From positions 206,677 to 270,676 of the forward strand of contig JAUCBJ010004893.1 in NCBI GenBank assembly GCA_032718475.1: a stretch of DNA of 64,000 nt. The letters are read 5' to 3'. The notes beneath the pieces were generated by a model. It was not told the origin of the DNA. It saw nothing but the letters and a program-made list of their open reading frames with translations, and ran no database searches. Position numbers and translations under genes: made by a program. This document shows positions 13,616 through 25,859 of this stretch, piece by piece; positions within the stretch are counted from its first letter, which is position 1; every line of letters begins with the position of its first letter. The stretch is from Nemertoderma westbladi (lineage: Eukaryota; Animalia; Xenacoelomorpha).

Positions 13616-15223
13616 GAAGGTTTCTGCACCCATTAAGTCGAGAATTGCGGTTCGATTGAGCCTAAGATTTAGTATAAGAAGTTGGGGACAAGAAGTTGGT
13701 TAACACGAAAACGGAGTCTATGAGGCTGTTGGGCACAGTGTCGCTTTCGTGTGAAATATTTAAAGCTATTGGGCTACCACTAAGATAATATATTTTTTGC
13801 AATAAAATTTTGCAAAATCACTATTGGAATGAAAAAGAACACTTTTTACTAACTTATATAAAAGTTCTCAAACATTTTAGTTTTTGGCCCAGTCTACTAG
13901 TCAAGACAGTTTGCCTGTAGGTTTGCCGCCAAAGCTCACCGTAGCATCATCCCATCATCAACAGATTTAAAGCTTCTGAACACAAATAAACAGGTTTGTA
14001 AAATGGCTTACCGCACGTGGATGTGATGAGAATAGGACCAACTAACTGACACTCCTGTCGAGTCCTGTCTATATTTTATACTGTAGTTCTTACTTGTGAC
14101 CAAAAATCATTGGACGTAGAGTCTGAAACCATGGAAACAGCCATTTTGTAGTTCCAAATGGTTGATTCTTGTTTTTTAACATGACGCATTGATAGCTTAT
14201 TTAAATGGAGCTTTACTGCGTTCGAAAATTAATTAATTAAAAGCTTCACGCTCACAACTAGGGTTACAATAATAGCACAGTCTAAATAAAGGCTGAACAC
14301 TGTGAACAGCCGGTACAATTTCTTCACATTATAGTGTAGTTCATCAAACCTGTTATATGATTCTGTTGGTTAGAGTTGCCGTAATAATTTTTTATAATAT
14401 AATTCTTACTTGAATTCATGCCTGTTCTTATTGATAGGTTAATGGGGTATTTCCCACTTGTCAAAGATTTGAAGTTCAAACTTCAAATTGTTTTGACACG
14501 TTTTGAGCTCTCACATAATTAATGCGGTGTATTTTGTTAACAATATAGGATTACACAGAGAATACAACATATTGAAAAACAATTTCAGTTAACATCCCAA
14601 ATAATATTATTTATAAGCAAATGTAATAGAAAGACAATAATTACCAACACCTAGTATCCTGCCAGTTTCATACAGTAAGTCTACTTACTACACCAAAACC
14701 AGCGCTGGTTACTCACATTCCAAATTAGTGATTATCTACGGTAGATCTGTGAAAGTTAAATATTTATGTGTGAACAGGGACGTAGAGGACGATTATTTCA
14801 ACTTGAGAGTTGAAAGCGGATTATAAATATAAGTGGCAGTCATACGAGTACTGTCGTTTACGGACCCAACCCGTGCTTAATAGCATCGGCTCAGAGTAAT
14901 TTAACAACAATCTAAGTGTTATTGATAATGCACAGAGCATGACTTCAGATTAATTAATAGTATATCCGGTATAATTCAATATTGACCTATCTGTTAAGTG
15001 CTCATATATGAATGAATGGGTGAATTGACAAAGAACTTAGTTCACGTGGAGATGAAAGTAGCTGCTTATTGTAACAGTACCCCCCAGAGTATGGGAATAT
15101 GGAATAACTTAATAAGTTAAATAAGTGAGACTGTGTGAGACCATTGTGGGAGTTTTAATGTTAAGTGCATGCATGATCCCGTGCATTATTTTTCGAGCTC
15201 GCTCGACTTAATAGTAAGTAGTA

Positions 15224-15705
15224 GTAGCACGGTCCCGTGCTGTTACACCAGTCGGATAGCACGGTCCCGTGCTGTTACACCAGTCTGCTAGCACGGTCCC
15301 GTGCTGTTACACCAGTCGGCTAGCACGATCCTGTGCTGTTACACCAGTCGGCTAGCACGGTCCCGTGCTGTTACACCAGTCGGCTAGCACGGTCCCGTGC
15401 TGTTACACCAGTCGGCTAGCACGGTCCCGTGCTGTTACACCAGTCGGCTAGCACGGTCCCGTGCTGTTACACCAGTCGGCTAGCACGGTCCCGTGCTATT
15501 ACACCAGTCGGCTAGCACGATCCCGTGCTGTTACACCAGTCGGCTAGCACGGTCCCGTGCTGTTACACCAGTCGGCTAGCACGGTCCCGCGCTGTTACAC
15601 CAGTCGGCTAGCACGGTCCCGTGCTGTTACACCAGTCGGATAGCACGGTCCCGTGCTGTTACACCAGTCGGCTAGCACGGTCCCGTGCTGTTACACCAGT
15701 CGGAT
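15224..15705. repeat. 32-bp minisatellite GCTAGCACGGTCCCGTGCTGTTACACCAGTCG, ~15 copies
   Basis: Directly visible; each unit has the inverted repeat AGCACGG-tc-CCGTGCT; the array resumes after the RTE element. Confidence 0.95.
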
Positions 15706-15706
15706 A

Positions 15707-15846
15707 TGCTTTGCAGGACATTGCTTTCAGTGCAGCCAGTGCATAATCTTGTACTTTGGCAGCCTCGTGGAGTGAATAAGTATGGTGGACAGCCCATGCC
15801 TTTCTTGAGACGCATCTTACTACTAGTACTACTACAGTACTACTAG
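15707..15846 (+). mobile_element. Duplicated fragment of the RTE 3' region followed by an inverted tail-like (CTA)n tract
   Basis: gctttgcaggacattgctttc...ttcttgagacgcatctta matches ~16842-16960, then ctactagtactactacagtactactag. Confidence 0.8.
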
Positions 15847-17102
15847 AATTGGCAAGCTGGACCATGGAGCCCATTTTGGCTCTTAGAAGGATAATTGAAG
15901 AGTTATCAAAAAAGAAAGACAGGCATCTGGCTGTTATCTTTGTTGACTTCTTCAAGGCCTTTGATTCAGTCTCTCGCTCACGTATGTTCAGCATACTTTC
16001 ATTATATGGGATTCCTGATGAAATTATTGCAGCAATCAGATCAGTATACGATGGTTCGACAACATTTGTGTCTACTGTTGACGGTGACACAGAACCATTT
16101 GAAGTGTTATGTGGAGTCCTCCAGGGAGACACACTTGCACCATTCTTGTTCATAATTGTGGTTGACTATGTTCTACGCATATCCTTAGATCATCATAATG
16201 ATGATGGAGTGATGATAACTCCACCTACTGGCTCCAGAAATCGAGGAAATCCTGCCAAGTACCTAACTACTCTAGACTTTGCTGATGAGATAGGAGTACT
16301 CTCAGAATCACTAGAGGGAGCCCAACGGCTCCTTAGCTCATTAGAACATGCTGCTTCTAGTGTTTGTCTTTTTATTAACTCCAGAAAGACCAAAATTTTG
16401 ACAGTTAACTTTTAAAGCCCTCAGCAAGTCTCTGATCGGATGAGCATAAGCTCAAAGGATGGTATGCTTGAGCATGTGGACGACATCTGTTACCTGGAAT
16501 CATGGATCCGGAAGTCAGGTGAGGACCTTCGAATACGTAAGGGAAAGGAAAGGCATGGGCAGCTTTGAATAGGCTTTCCAAGATTTGGAAGTCACCGAGA
16601 ATTAATCAGAAACTTAAGGTCCGATCATTTAGAGCAGCTGTAGTTCCAGTACTCCTCTATGGGAGTCCATGCTGGGCTCTAACTGCTGAGGACACCAAAT
16701 CTCTGGATGGCACATTCACAAGAATGCTACGCCGGGTTCATTGTGTCAAGTACAATGCACACATCTCCAACCAGACACTATATAACATTGGAGGTGTCTC
16801 ATTGGTTCCCCCAAACTTGACACTAGAACAAAATCGCCTCCGCTTTGCAGGACATTGCTTTCGACGTGAGGACCATCCAGTGCATAATCTTGTACTTTGG
16901 CAGCCTCATGGAGTGAATAAGCATGGTGGACAGCCCATGACTTTCTTGAGACGCATCTTAAATGACACTGGCCTTGAAGATGCGGATGATCTAGCAAATG
17001 TCATGGGTGATAGGGAGTTGTGGCGGCGCAATTTTGTCGACAAGCCGGCACAGCATTCTTATAAATACAGCTGCACTGCAGCATGCCGATGCTAGTAGTA
17101 GT
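15847..17102 (+). mobile_element. 5'-truncated, degraded RTE-type non-LTR retrotransposon (RT domain and C-terminus)
   Basis: FVDFFKAFDSV, GVLQGDTLAPFLF, LDFADE (YADD box), VVPVLLYGS..W, RLRFAGHC.R, DRELWR; stop at 16413-16415 and a frameshift near 16550; ends in (TAG)n. Confidence 0.9.
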
Positions 17103-17182
17103 GCGATCCCGTGCTGTTACACCAGTCGGCTAGCACGATCCTGTGCTGTTACACCAATCGGCTAGCACGGTCCCGTGCTGTT
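17103..17182. repeat. Continuation of the 32-bp minisatellite (~2.5 units)
   Basis: Same unit as 15224-15705. Confidence 0.9.
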
Positions 17183-18487
17183 ATTGTATTGTATGCCCGT
17201 ATTGTGAAATCACACAAAATTATAAAATTTTTGCATTTATTGGTATATTTCACAGTATTGACAGCTTGTTATTACTTGTTAGGGAGATGGCCTGCTCGGT
17301 GCAATAAAGGGTTAAGCATAGAATGAAAAGTTATTCCGACCGTTTCTAGTCTCAAGGCCAGGGGATTAGCCGTTATCGAGATTTAGCGCTTCGGATATTG
17401 ACTATTCGGGTGGAAGACTCGCTCGAAACAAAAAATTACCCAGATCGAAATCGTTGCTACGTTACAACGAAATCGTTGCTACCCCCTTCGGTCTGTCTAT
17501 TAAAAAAAGTTTTTGCTTAGCTTGATTTATTGCAACTTCCCGACGACTTTGGATAAAAGTAGTTAATATTTCTTCTAGAGCTATCTTTACTATATCCAAC
17601 AACAAAAGAATCGTATCCGTAGGCGAACACGCGGCCGAGGTATTCGCGTTTCCGTACGGCGACTCTCGTCGTATGATCATGCGAAATACGCATTTTACGC
17701 GATGCCGAGAAAACGGACGCTACGACACAGTCGCGTACAAACTGAAAGTCACGTCCTTCTTCACTGTTCCCTATCAGCCAATCAGAGACCGATACACCAA
17801 TCTCGATTTCGACGGCGAAATTTCCACCCTACTGAAAAGGCCCCTGAGAAAAAAGTTTACACGTTTGTGTTTGAAGTCTTAAAAAACCGCAAATGGCACA
17901 TTTCTATTAAGCTTTAGCGATTTTTATATCTTGTACCATGCCAAAAAAAAGTGCCATGTGCCACATGCTAAAAAGTGTCACTTCTGACACGAATGACATT
18001 TCTTTGTAGTCTGTGGGTTAAAACTTCTGACCTGCCATTGTCATTTTAGTTTAATCTTGTCATGTAATATCGTCGTAGGATTCTAGTAGTAGTTGAGTCT
18101 CTGCAGTATTATTCAGTGATATTTTTTACTGTTTCTTTTACGCTGTCTTAGATTGCATTAGGTATTGGATTGTACTGATTTAGATAATTTGGATTATTTT
18201 ATTTATGGATTATTTAGATAATTCGGGTTATTTTTTATAACGAGATTTAACGAATAATGCATTGACATTAATTATATTTTGAACAGTAAAAATATACATT
18301 ATGTAATGTTACCGTCAGTGTTTATGTTTATACTTCTTGTCTTGTTTGTATTTTCCTATTTTGTGTAATATCCTATAATATTCTCTATTAATTTACTGTC
18401 AATAAACACTATACTTAATAAATTAAATTCACCTAACACTATTGTAATACATTGTAAATAAAGGAACGTCTTAAAAGCGACGTAAAA

Positions 18488-18760
18488 GGGGCGAGCGACG
18501 AAAGTAAGCGAGCTTAGCATACAGGTACCACTAACTCAATCGGTGTGTCTGTTGTTCTGTTGATATGTTGTTCTGTTGTTCTGTCGTTCTGTTGTTCTGT
18601 CGTTCTGTCGTGTTCAATTTTAAACGTTAATAACTCAGCCAAATGTTAATGAAATCTATCCAAACTTGGTACACATGTAGTCTGGCAAAAGTTTAGAAAT
18701 TTTCCTAGTTGAATTTACGTGTCGCCTTCGAGAAGCTAAGATATTAGCAGTTAATTAGTT
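18488..18760 (+). mobile_element. HINE/DINE-1-like non-autonomous element head
   Basis: GCGAGC-containing start, (CTGTYGTT)n microsatellite, then CCAAACTTGGTACACATGTAG core, a layout typical of Helentron-associated elements; right end undefined. Confidence 0.5.
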
Positions 18761-19099
18761 ATAAGTTGGTTAGGGTAAAAACAGCATTTTCAAACTGCCT
18801 CTCAAAGGATATTAATTATTTTCTAGTATAAGATTTAAATAATTATACTTAAAAATTATACATGAGCTTAACAATAAGAATATCTGACTTTCGGTTAACT
18901 AAAATAAGTGATAAAGTGTATTTTCTGACACATTTTTTTTTTTATCGGAGACACTACTTTATCTAAAAAATTAAACGATTTACTTGTATTGAATTTATAT
19001 TTAATATTTTTAGTTAAACAGCTGTAATAATTGTCAAATAAGATGTTATTTTATTAATTATCATTAATATGGTGTATAAAAATTGTTATATGAAATATA

Positions 19100-19535
19100 A
19101 CAATTAACTGGACGATGAAATGGAGCTCTGACAATTCCCCCTTCCCCCCTAGCGGCAGACAGAGGAATTGTAAAAATCTGTATGTGTGCAGAATTTTTGA
19201 TTAAGCAATGCTCTTAGGTTACTACTGTACTAACTACCAAACTTCAGATGAATCTGATCGTTGGTTCTAAAATTACAGCTACTTTTTCATTTCTGTCAAT
19301 TCGCCCCATAGCGACAGACAGAGGAATTATAGAAGTCTGTAGTGTGTTGAATTTCTAAACTTTTTCTAGACTACATGTGTAGCAAGTTTGGTTCCATTTC
19401 ATCCATGATTGACCGACTTAGAGGCGCTCAAACATTCTATCTAGCCACAAACCCAGCCATCCAGCCAGCCAGTCACAAACACACAAACAAACTAACAATA
19501 GCTGCAGGAACCCGAGCAGAGCTCAAGTGATAATT
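19100..19535 (-). mobile_element. Second HINE-like element in opposite orientation
   Basis: Minus strand reads gagctctgctcgg, (GTTT)/(GGCT) microsatellites, then CCAAACTTGCTACACATGTAGTCTAGAAAAAGTTTAGAAATT, ~3 mismatches from 18660-18701; internal direct repeat of tagcgRcagacagaggaatt. Confidence 0.5.
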
Positions 19536-19701
19536 TATATCCTATTAATAGGTATATGACATGCGGTATTCAGCGAATCTCACTACAAAAAAATCCATAT
19601 CTGTGATTATTTCAGATCAAATTTATTGAAATATTAAGGATTCGAATTTACGAAAATTTCACTCAGAAATTTTCGGGGCTTGCAGCAGAAAATTTGCTGC
19701 T

Positions 19702-19766
19702 GCAACCGGGTCTCGAACTCGGTAAATAATAGCATAGCACCTGTGCTCTGACCACTGAGCTACAAT
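19702..19766 (-). mobile_element. tRNA-derived SINE head or tRNA pseudogene
   Basis: Minus strand has A box TAGCTCAGTGGT and B box GAGTTCGAGACC with tRNA-like spacing; no clean anticodon or acceptor stem. Confidence 0.55.
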
Positions 19767-20629
19767 GTCGTACTTTCTGCCACTAAAATAGTAGTAGAAA
19801 GACTTTCTGCCACTATTTTAGTGGTAGAAAGTAATAATAGTGTGCGAAAGCATTACTTTCTTGCACTGTTTTCTACAAAATTTAGTGAAAAAAAGAAGAT
19901 TTTTCAGATAAAAACAATTAATCGGTGATTATGTATAAGCTGCTCTGACTTCAAAACATTTCTATGGTTTAAAACTGATCAATTATGAAGACAACCAACC
20001 TTTTAAGTTTTGATAATTGAAAATCGAAGAACTAAAACATATTCGTTACATTTACATCACGTAAAGTATTATTACTCCAAAAAGCTTACAAGTTTTTAGT
20101 TAGAAGATTATTTTAGCTCTTCTTCGTATCGTAGATTAAATATTATGCCCTAAAGGTATTAAAGTAACTTAAATCCCTGGCTGTAAGTACAGGAAGGTTA
20201 AGGCTGTCATCAAATAATCATAAAATAGCCGTATATATGATGGTATACGTCCCATGATAAAAATTACAATAGCTGCCGGCAACTAGTTAGAATTCACATA
20301 GGAATTATCTATCATTTCTTGCAGTTCCCGATGGAATTACAACTAACTATCAGGGGGGAGGCGGACTCTGAGATATCGAATGTTTCAATGATCGTCGTCC
20401 CATTCGTAGTCAACGCAATAAAATATTGAGATCTTACAACAACTGATGTCAAACATATAATCCCTTCTTCTAATTGCTCCGGGTATCAGATACCTCCAAT
20501 AATTATTATAATAAATTACAATGATTCATACAGAATCGCCAGAACATTGAGCTCCCAAACTAAAGAAATGTATAACTTCCAATTCAGTTTGTCTAAAGTT
20601 GGTGGCCTATACTATATATCAACGATTTT

Positions 20630-21208
20630 ATGTCAAAGGTTCCACAGCTTCAAAGGTTCCACGGGGTCCGTCAAAGGTTCAAAAGAGCTTGCCTTTGTCT
20701 ATCTGGCACCGTAAATATGAGCATCATATCCATTGAATTTGCCTTAAAACTTTGGGATGCAATAGTTGTCCCGACAGTAACTTACGGCTGCTCAACCTTC
20801 GCTGACCTCACTAGAGATCAGTTAATGGCATTACCTCATGTAAGAAAGACCCGGGGCTTCTATTTTAAAATTTGGTGCGGGATTAGCAAGTTTGCCTCAA
20901 CGACTCCGATCCTTAATGCTGTGGACCATCCAGAACTTTCCACTATTAATCTCTCCTATTTATCAAAAAGGCGGCGAGGCGACGAGTTGGTACACAATTT
21001 TTGTCCAATGGTTACCACCATAAACTGTGTTCGATTAGCTCTTGTTGGAGGCCTTCTGACTCCTGCCACTGTCGGCTTTGTGGCGCGCCTGCCACAGATA
21101 TTCTACACTCGTTATAATGCAGCCTTCTACCGGACGATCCATCCCCTCTTCGTCTCGCTTTTCACTTGCAGTCCTTACAAGACTCACAACTTAATTTCTC
21201 TTAATTAA
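20630..21208 (+). pseudogene. Degraded C-terminal remnant of a non-LTR retrotransposon ORF2
   Basis: LKLWDAIVVPTVTYGC and FYFKIWCG resemble the post-RT L.L....V.P.L.YG motif; the rest is degenerate. Confidence 0.5.
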
Positions 21209-22061
21209 TTCTTACATTAAATTTGTTAAACTGAGTCCAACGGAAATTTCAACGACACCTCTGAGATCCTTCGATGTGGTGCCATTTTCCCCCGCGTTCT
21301 CACGAGATACTTTCATCGACTAATTACTGTATTAGGCCTACTTAGTGATCTAAATCTGGAAGTCGATCATCTATATACAAGGCCTACGTTGGCCAAGTAT
21401 CCTTCTACCATCTATGTACTAGGCTATCCGGATTGCTAACGCCGCCGCCTCCTTTACAGGGACTAGCTATATGAGATGAAACAGTTTTTTTTTAATAAAA
21501 ACTGAGTGAACATAAGAGTTGAAATTTTTTTGATTTGTAAGGTTTCCAATTACAGAGTAATTTAGTCTGGTTTTACTGTGTTTTGCGCCGTACATCATTA
21601 TCTAACGAGCAAGGTTTCTTGACAAGCTGTAAATAATTCAAGTGAAAAAATAAATTATGTAATGAAATAATAATTTAATAACATCTGATAATCATTTAGC
21701 TAATTAACTTTACACCTTTTTTTAATTACATATTGCGTATTTGTTTCAACAACATAAAACACGTCACAGGGTCAACTAGCATTGTCCAATGGGAATATGC
21801 TCCTAAATCATTACCGGTAACCGCAGAACCACTGAAGTGGCTCGCAAAATACATTTGCATTCGTAAACTGGATTGACCCAACTAATGCCAACACGCTGCT
21901 CAAAAGTTCGTATCAGGTCCGGGCGGGTTTAGGGATGAATAATAATATGACAAAGATTGGCATTACTGTTCACACATATCAACACTGTTACAACAAAAGT
22001 ATTGCAGGCGACCAACGAACCATAACACGTAAACTATTCCACATTAAAGTAAATCAGATAT

Positions 22062-24641
22062 CTATGACGGTATTTGTGTGTTTGTTTTTATGAAGGAGGA
22101 AGGTAATCTCCCGTTATGCGACAATGATTGCTGACTCTGTAGCCACACCCTGGCCTCGGCTGATCCGGTATCAGTTGAACCCCCTGCGATTGCACCAAAG
22201 GAGCCCCAACTGGAGGGAGGTACAGAATCATCAGATGGAATTACATTAATATTAGTAGCTACAATATCTATATCTGGGAACAGAGGAGAGTTTGGTGCAG
22301 CTAAAGTTTCGTTGTTTTCATTTTCATCAACAATATTACTAATACGTAGCTCGCCGTCAAGGTTATCACTGTCTGGGAAGTGGTTCGCCCCGAAAGAATT
22401 ACCAAAAAGGTTCTCACCATTGTCTTCTATTGGTCTGTTAACATCATTTTCAATGAAATGGTTCTTTCCAAATGAATCACCAAAAAGGTTCTCACCATTG
22501 TCTTCTATTGGTCTGTTAACATCATTTTCAATGAAATGGTTCTTTCCAAATGAATCACCAAAAAGGTTCTCACCATTGTCTTCTATTGGTCTGTTATCAT
22601 CATTTTCTATGAAATGGTTCTTTCCAAATGAATCACCAAAAAGGTTCTCACCATAGTCTTCTATTGGTCTGTTATCATCATAATCACCAAAAAGGTTCTC
22701 ACCATTGTTTTCTATTGGTCTGTTATCATCATTTTCAATGAAATGGTTCTTTCCAAATGAATCACCAAAAAGGTTCTCACCATTGTCTTCTATTGGTCTG
22801 TTATCATCATTTTCAATGAAATGGTTCTTCCCAAAAGAATCACCAAAAAGGTTCTCGCCATTGTCTTCTATTTGTCTGTTATCATTATTTTCAATGAAAT
22901 GGTTATTTCCAAAAGAATCACCAAAGAGGTTCTCACCATTGTCTTCTATTGGTCTGTTATCATCATTTTCAATGAAATGGTTATTTCCAAAAGAATCACC
23001 AAAGAGGTTCTCACCATTGTCTTCTATTGGTGTGTTATCATCATTTTCCATGAAATGGTTCTTTCCAAATGAATCACCACTAAGGTACTCACCATTGTCA
23101 TCTATTGGTCTGTTATCATCATTTTTAATGAAATGGTTCTTTCCAAATGAATCACCAAAAAGGTACTCACCATTGTCTTCTATTGGTCTGTTATCATCAT
23201 TTTCAATGAAATGGTTCTTTCCAAATGAATCACCAAAAAGGTTCTCACCATTGTCTTCTATTGGTCTGTTATCATTATTTTCAATGAAATGGTTCTTTCC
23301 AAAAGAATTACCAAAAAGGTTCGCACCATTGTCTTCTATTGGTCTGTTATCATCATTTTCAATGAAATGGTTCTTTCCAAAAGAATCACCAAAAAGGTTC
23401 TCGCCATTGTCTTCTATTGGTCTGTTATCATTATTTTCAATGAAATGGTTCTTTCCAAAAGAATTACCAAAAAGGTTCGCACCATTGTCTTCTATTGGTC
23501 TGTTATCATCATTTTCAATGAAATGGTTCTTTCCAAATGAATCACCAAAAAGGTTCTCACCATTGTCTTCTATTGGTCTGTTATCATCATTTTCAATGAA
23601 ATGGTTCTTTCCAAAAGAATTACCAAAAAGGTTCGCACCATTGTCTTCTATAGGTCTGTTATCATCATTTTCAATGAAATGGTTCTTTCCAAATGAATCA
23701 CCAAAAAGGTTCTCACCATTGTCTTCTATTGGTCTGTTATCATCATTTTCAATGAAATGGTTCTTTCCAAATGAATCACCAAAAAGGTTCTCGCCATTGT
23801 CTTCTATTGGTCTGCTATCATCATTTACAATGAAATGGTTCTCTCCAAAAGAAGTACCAAAAAGATTCTCACCATTATCTTCTCTCGGCCTGTTGCCCTC
23901 TAATTCTAAAAAAAGTTTTTCACCATTACCTTCTCCAGGTCTGCTCTCATGATATTCTATAACGTGGTCCACTTTGGAAGTCTTTCTAAAAAGTTTTCCC
24001 ATTAAGTCCCCTGTTGGTGGGTTTTCAACTGGTACTCCAAAGGAAAACATATTCATATCGCTTTCGGCAACGTCATTGCTGTAAGTTGATGTCCCAGCAC
24101 GATAATTTGTAATAATTTTATAATTCTTGAGCATATCGATCGCTGTTATAACCTTTCCCCACAGCTTAGAAATACCAACGGAGAAATTCCAATCTACAAA
24201 AAATAAACCCGAATTATTCCTGCCTCGACGAATATCATCCCGTAGTTGTCGGATGTGGTCTAATAGAAGCCGGATTCTGCCCCGTAACATTTGTGCAGTA
24301 GCCAGAATGTTACCAGCCTTTGGCCCATCATTTATAATTGATTCAGGTGTTGGGCTGGTGGGTTTATTTGAGGTGACAACCGCCGAAGTTGCAGTTTGTC
24401 TTTCAATCGCAATGATAGGAGGCTCCTTTATCTTAATCGGCACATTTAGTTGTATTGATTGATGTTTATTACTGGATGGCCCATCTTTAATATAACCGGT
24501 GTCTGTTGGAGGTATGTTACTGGGAGATGGATCCACAGATGTGAGTGGAACACGTTTAAGTGGCATTGACACGCTCGTGCCAATCAAACACGTTATCACA
24601 AAGATAAGAACACAAATAACAATGTTTATGGAAATCTTCAT
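22062..24641 (-). CDS. Secreted 859-aa protein with ~19 tandem acidic 26-aa repeats
   Basis: ATG and signal peptide MKISINIVICVLIFVITCLIGTSVS, ~240 aa unique region, in-frame 78-bp repeats (ENDDNRPIEDNGENLFGDSFGKNHFI), unique C-terminus; the one shortened unit keeps frame. Confidence 0.85.
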   Translation of the reverse strand: MKISINIVICVLIFVITCLIGTSVSMPLKRVPLTSVDPSPSNIPPTDTGYIKDGPSSNKHQSIQLNVPIKIKEPPIIAIERQTATSAVVTSNKPTSPTPESIINDGPKAGNILATAQMLRGRIRLLLDHIRQLRDDIRRGRNNSGLFFVDWNFSVGISKLWGKVITAIDMLKNYKIITNYRAGTSTYSNDVAESDMNMFSFGVPVENPPTGDLMGKLFRKTSKVDHVIEYHESRPGEGNGEKLFLELEGNRPREDNGENLFGTSFGENHFIVNDDSRPIEDNGENLFGDSFGKNHFIENDDNRPIEDNGENLFGDSFGKNHFIENDDNRPIEDNGANLFGNSFGKNHFIENDDNRPIEDNGENLFGDSFGKNHFIENDDNRPIEDNGANLFGNSFGKNHFIENNDNRPIEDNGENLFGDSFGKNHFIENDDNRPIEDNGANLFGNSFGKNHFIENNDNRPIEDNGENLFGDSFGKNHFIENDDNRPIEDNGEYLFGDSFGKNHFIKNDDNRPIDDNGEYLSGDSFGKNHFMENDDNTPIEDNGENLFGDSFGNNHFIENDDNRPIEDNGENLFGDSFGNNHFIENNDNRQIEDNGENLFGDSFGKNHFIENDDNRPIEDNGENLFGDSFGKNHFIENDDNRPIENNGENLFGDYDDNRPIEDYGENLFGDSFGKNHFIENDDNRPIEDNGENLFGDSFGKNHFIENDVNRPIEDNGENLFGDSFGKNHFIENDVNRPIEDNGENLFGNSFGANHFPDSDNLDGELRISNIVDENENNETLAAPNSPLFPDIDIVATNINVIPSDDSVPPSSWGSFGAIAGGSTDTGSAEARVWLQSQQSLSHNGRLPSSFIKTNTQIPS

Positions 24642-25859
24642 TATCAGTTTGTATTGTTAATAATTAATGAGGTTAACAACAAATTAATAAGTTACTTAGT
24701 TACATTTACATTATTAGTTACACTATAAAATAAAATACATGCAGGTGTAAGTCAGAGCACCGTTCACTGAGCTGGCCATTACTGTCAGATGACATACCTC
24801 AGATACCTCCACCCCCACACCCACAAACTTTAATAAATAAATATTGTGATTTTTTAGATATTGATCCTAATCTGCGATAGAAAATAATCAGTAGTGAATG
24901 AACCCCGATAAAACATCACAATCATAAGTTTAACACAAATTAATAAATCATTTTTATCTCTTGAGTTATATAATAAGATAGCTTTCCCAAGGAATAACAA
25001 CACGCGTCGATTGGTCGGGTCGATTATTGGCAACTTCCTGTGATAGGTCGGAATAGTGAGTGCATGTGATACCACCTACCTGAATTCTTGGATAAGTATA
25101 CGAACTATGATACCAAATCATACGTGCCATACGACTAATTAATTTCAATTTTTAATTAACTGTGATTGATGGAATATAAAGGTTTTCTATTTAATTTACG
25201 GGTTGAACTCAGAAGGAAGATAAATCCTTGAACGTGGCTTTAGGCGCGTGCCATATATACAATTACGTAAACATAATTAGTAAACATAACCGAGGCCACT
25301 AGCGGTGTGGGGGTGGTGGGTGGATAGCAATGGGTGGACATACAACAACCCAATTAGTGGGCGTTCATTGACAAACCTGACCCAACCCGCAGCAAGCTTA
25401 ATTCGCAGAAATGCACCGGCTTTGTCAACTATAAGTCGAGCAACCCATAATCTAGCCTCAACAAAAATGTATTTATTTGTAGAAATGTGGACAATACTAC
25501 ATTTAATTAATAATAATTATTAATATCACAAATTATAATATTTCAGTGGATGTAAACATGATATCCGCATCAAATCAATAACCTGATGATAAAAATACAA
25601 CACATAATAAAATTGTCACAATTATCTTGTAATTCATTACTTTCCATTTGTCATAAGAACTGCACAGCGCAAACAATAAAAGCCAAATAAATACAATATT
25701 GTAATCAATACACAAACAATATAACTTTATTTGATGTCAAACAAACAATTTATTTTGAACACAAATTTCGGTTAGTTTTCTCTCTCTGAGGCTTTACATG
25801 TACTGAATAAATATGTTACTAAATACGAATCAATAATTTTACGTGAATTCAATTTTTGT

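Noticed and set aside
15224-15705. CRISPR-like 32-bp palindromic repeat
   Set aside because: Units are head-to-tail with no spacers, there are no cas genes, and the context is eukaryotic.
17300-18021. Possible piggyBac-like MITE (GGG-TTAA ends at ~17316 and ~18021)
   Set aside because: Both are right-hand ends; I found no matching left TIR, so the element cannot be delimited.
22312-24462. Plus-strand hydrophobic repeat ORFs
   Set aside because: Antisense shadows of the secreted repeat protein.
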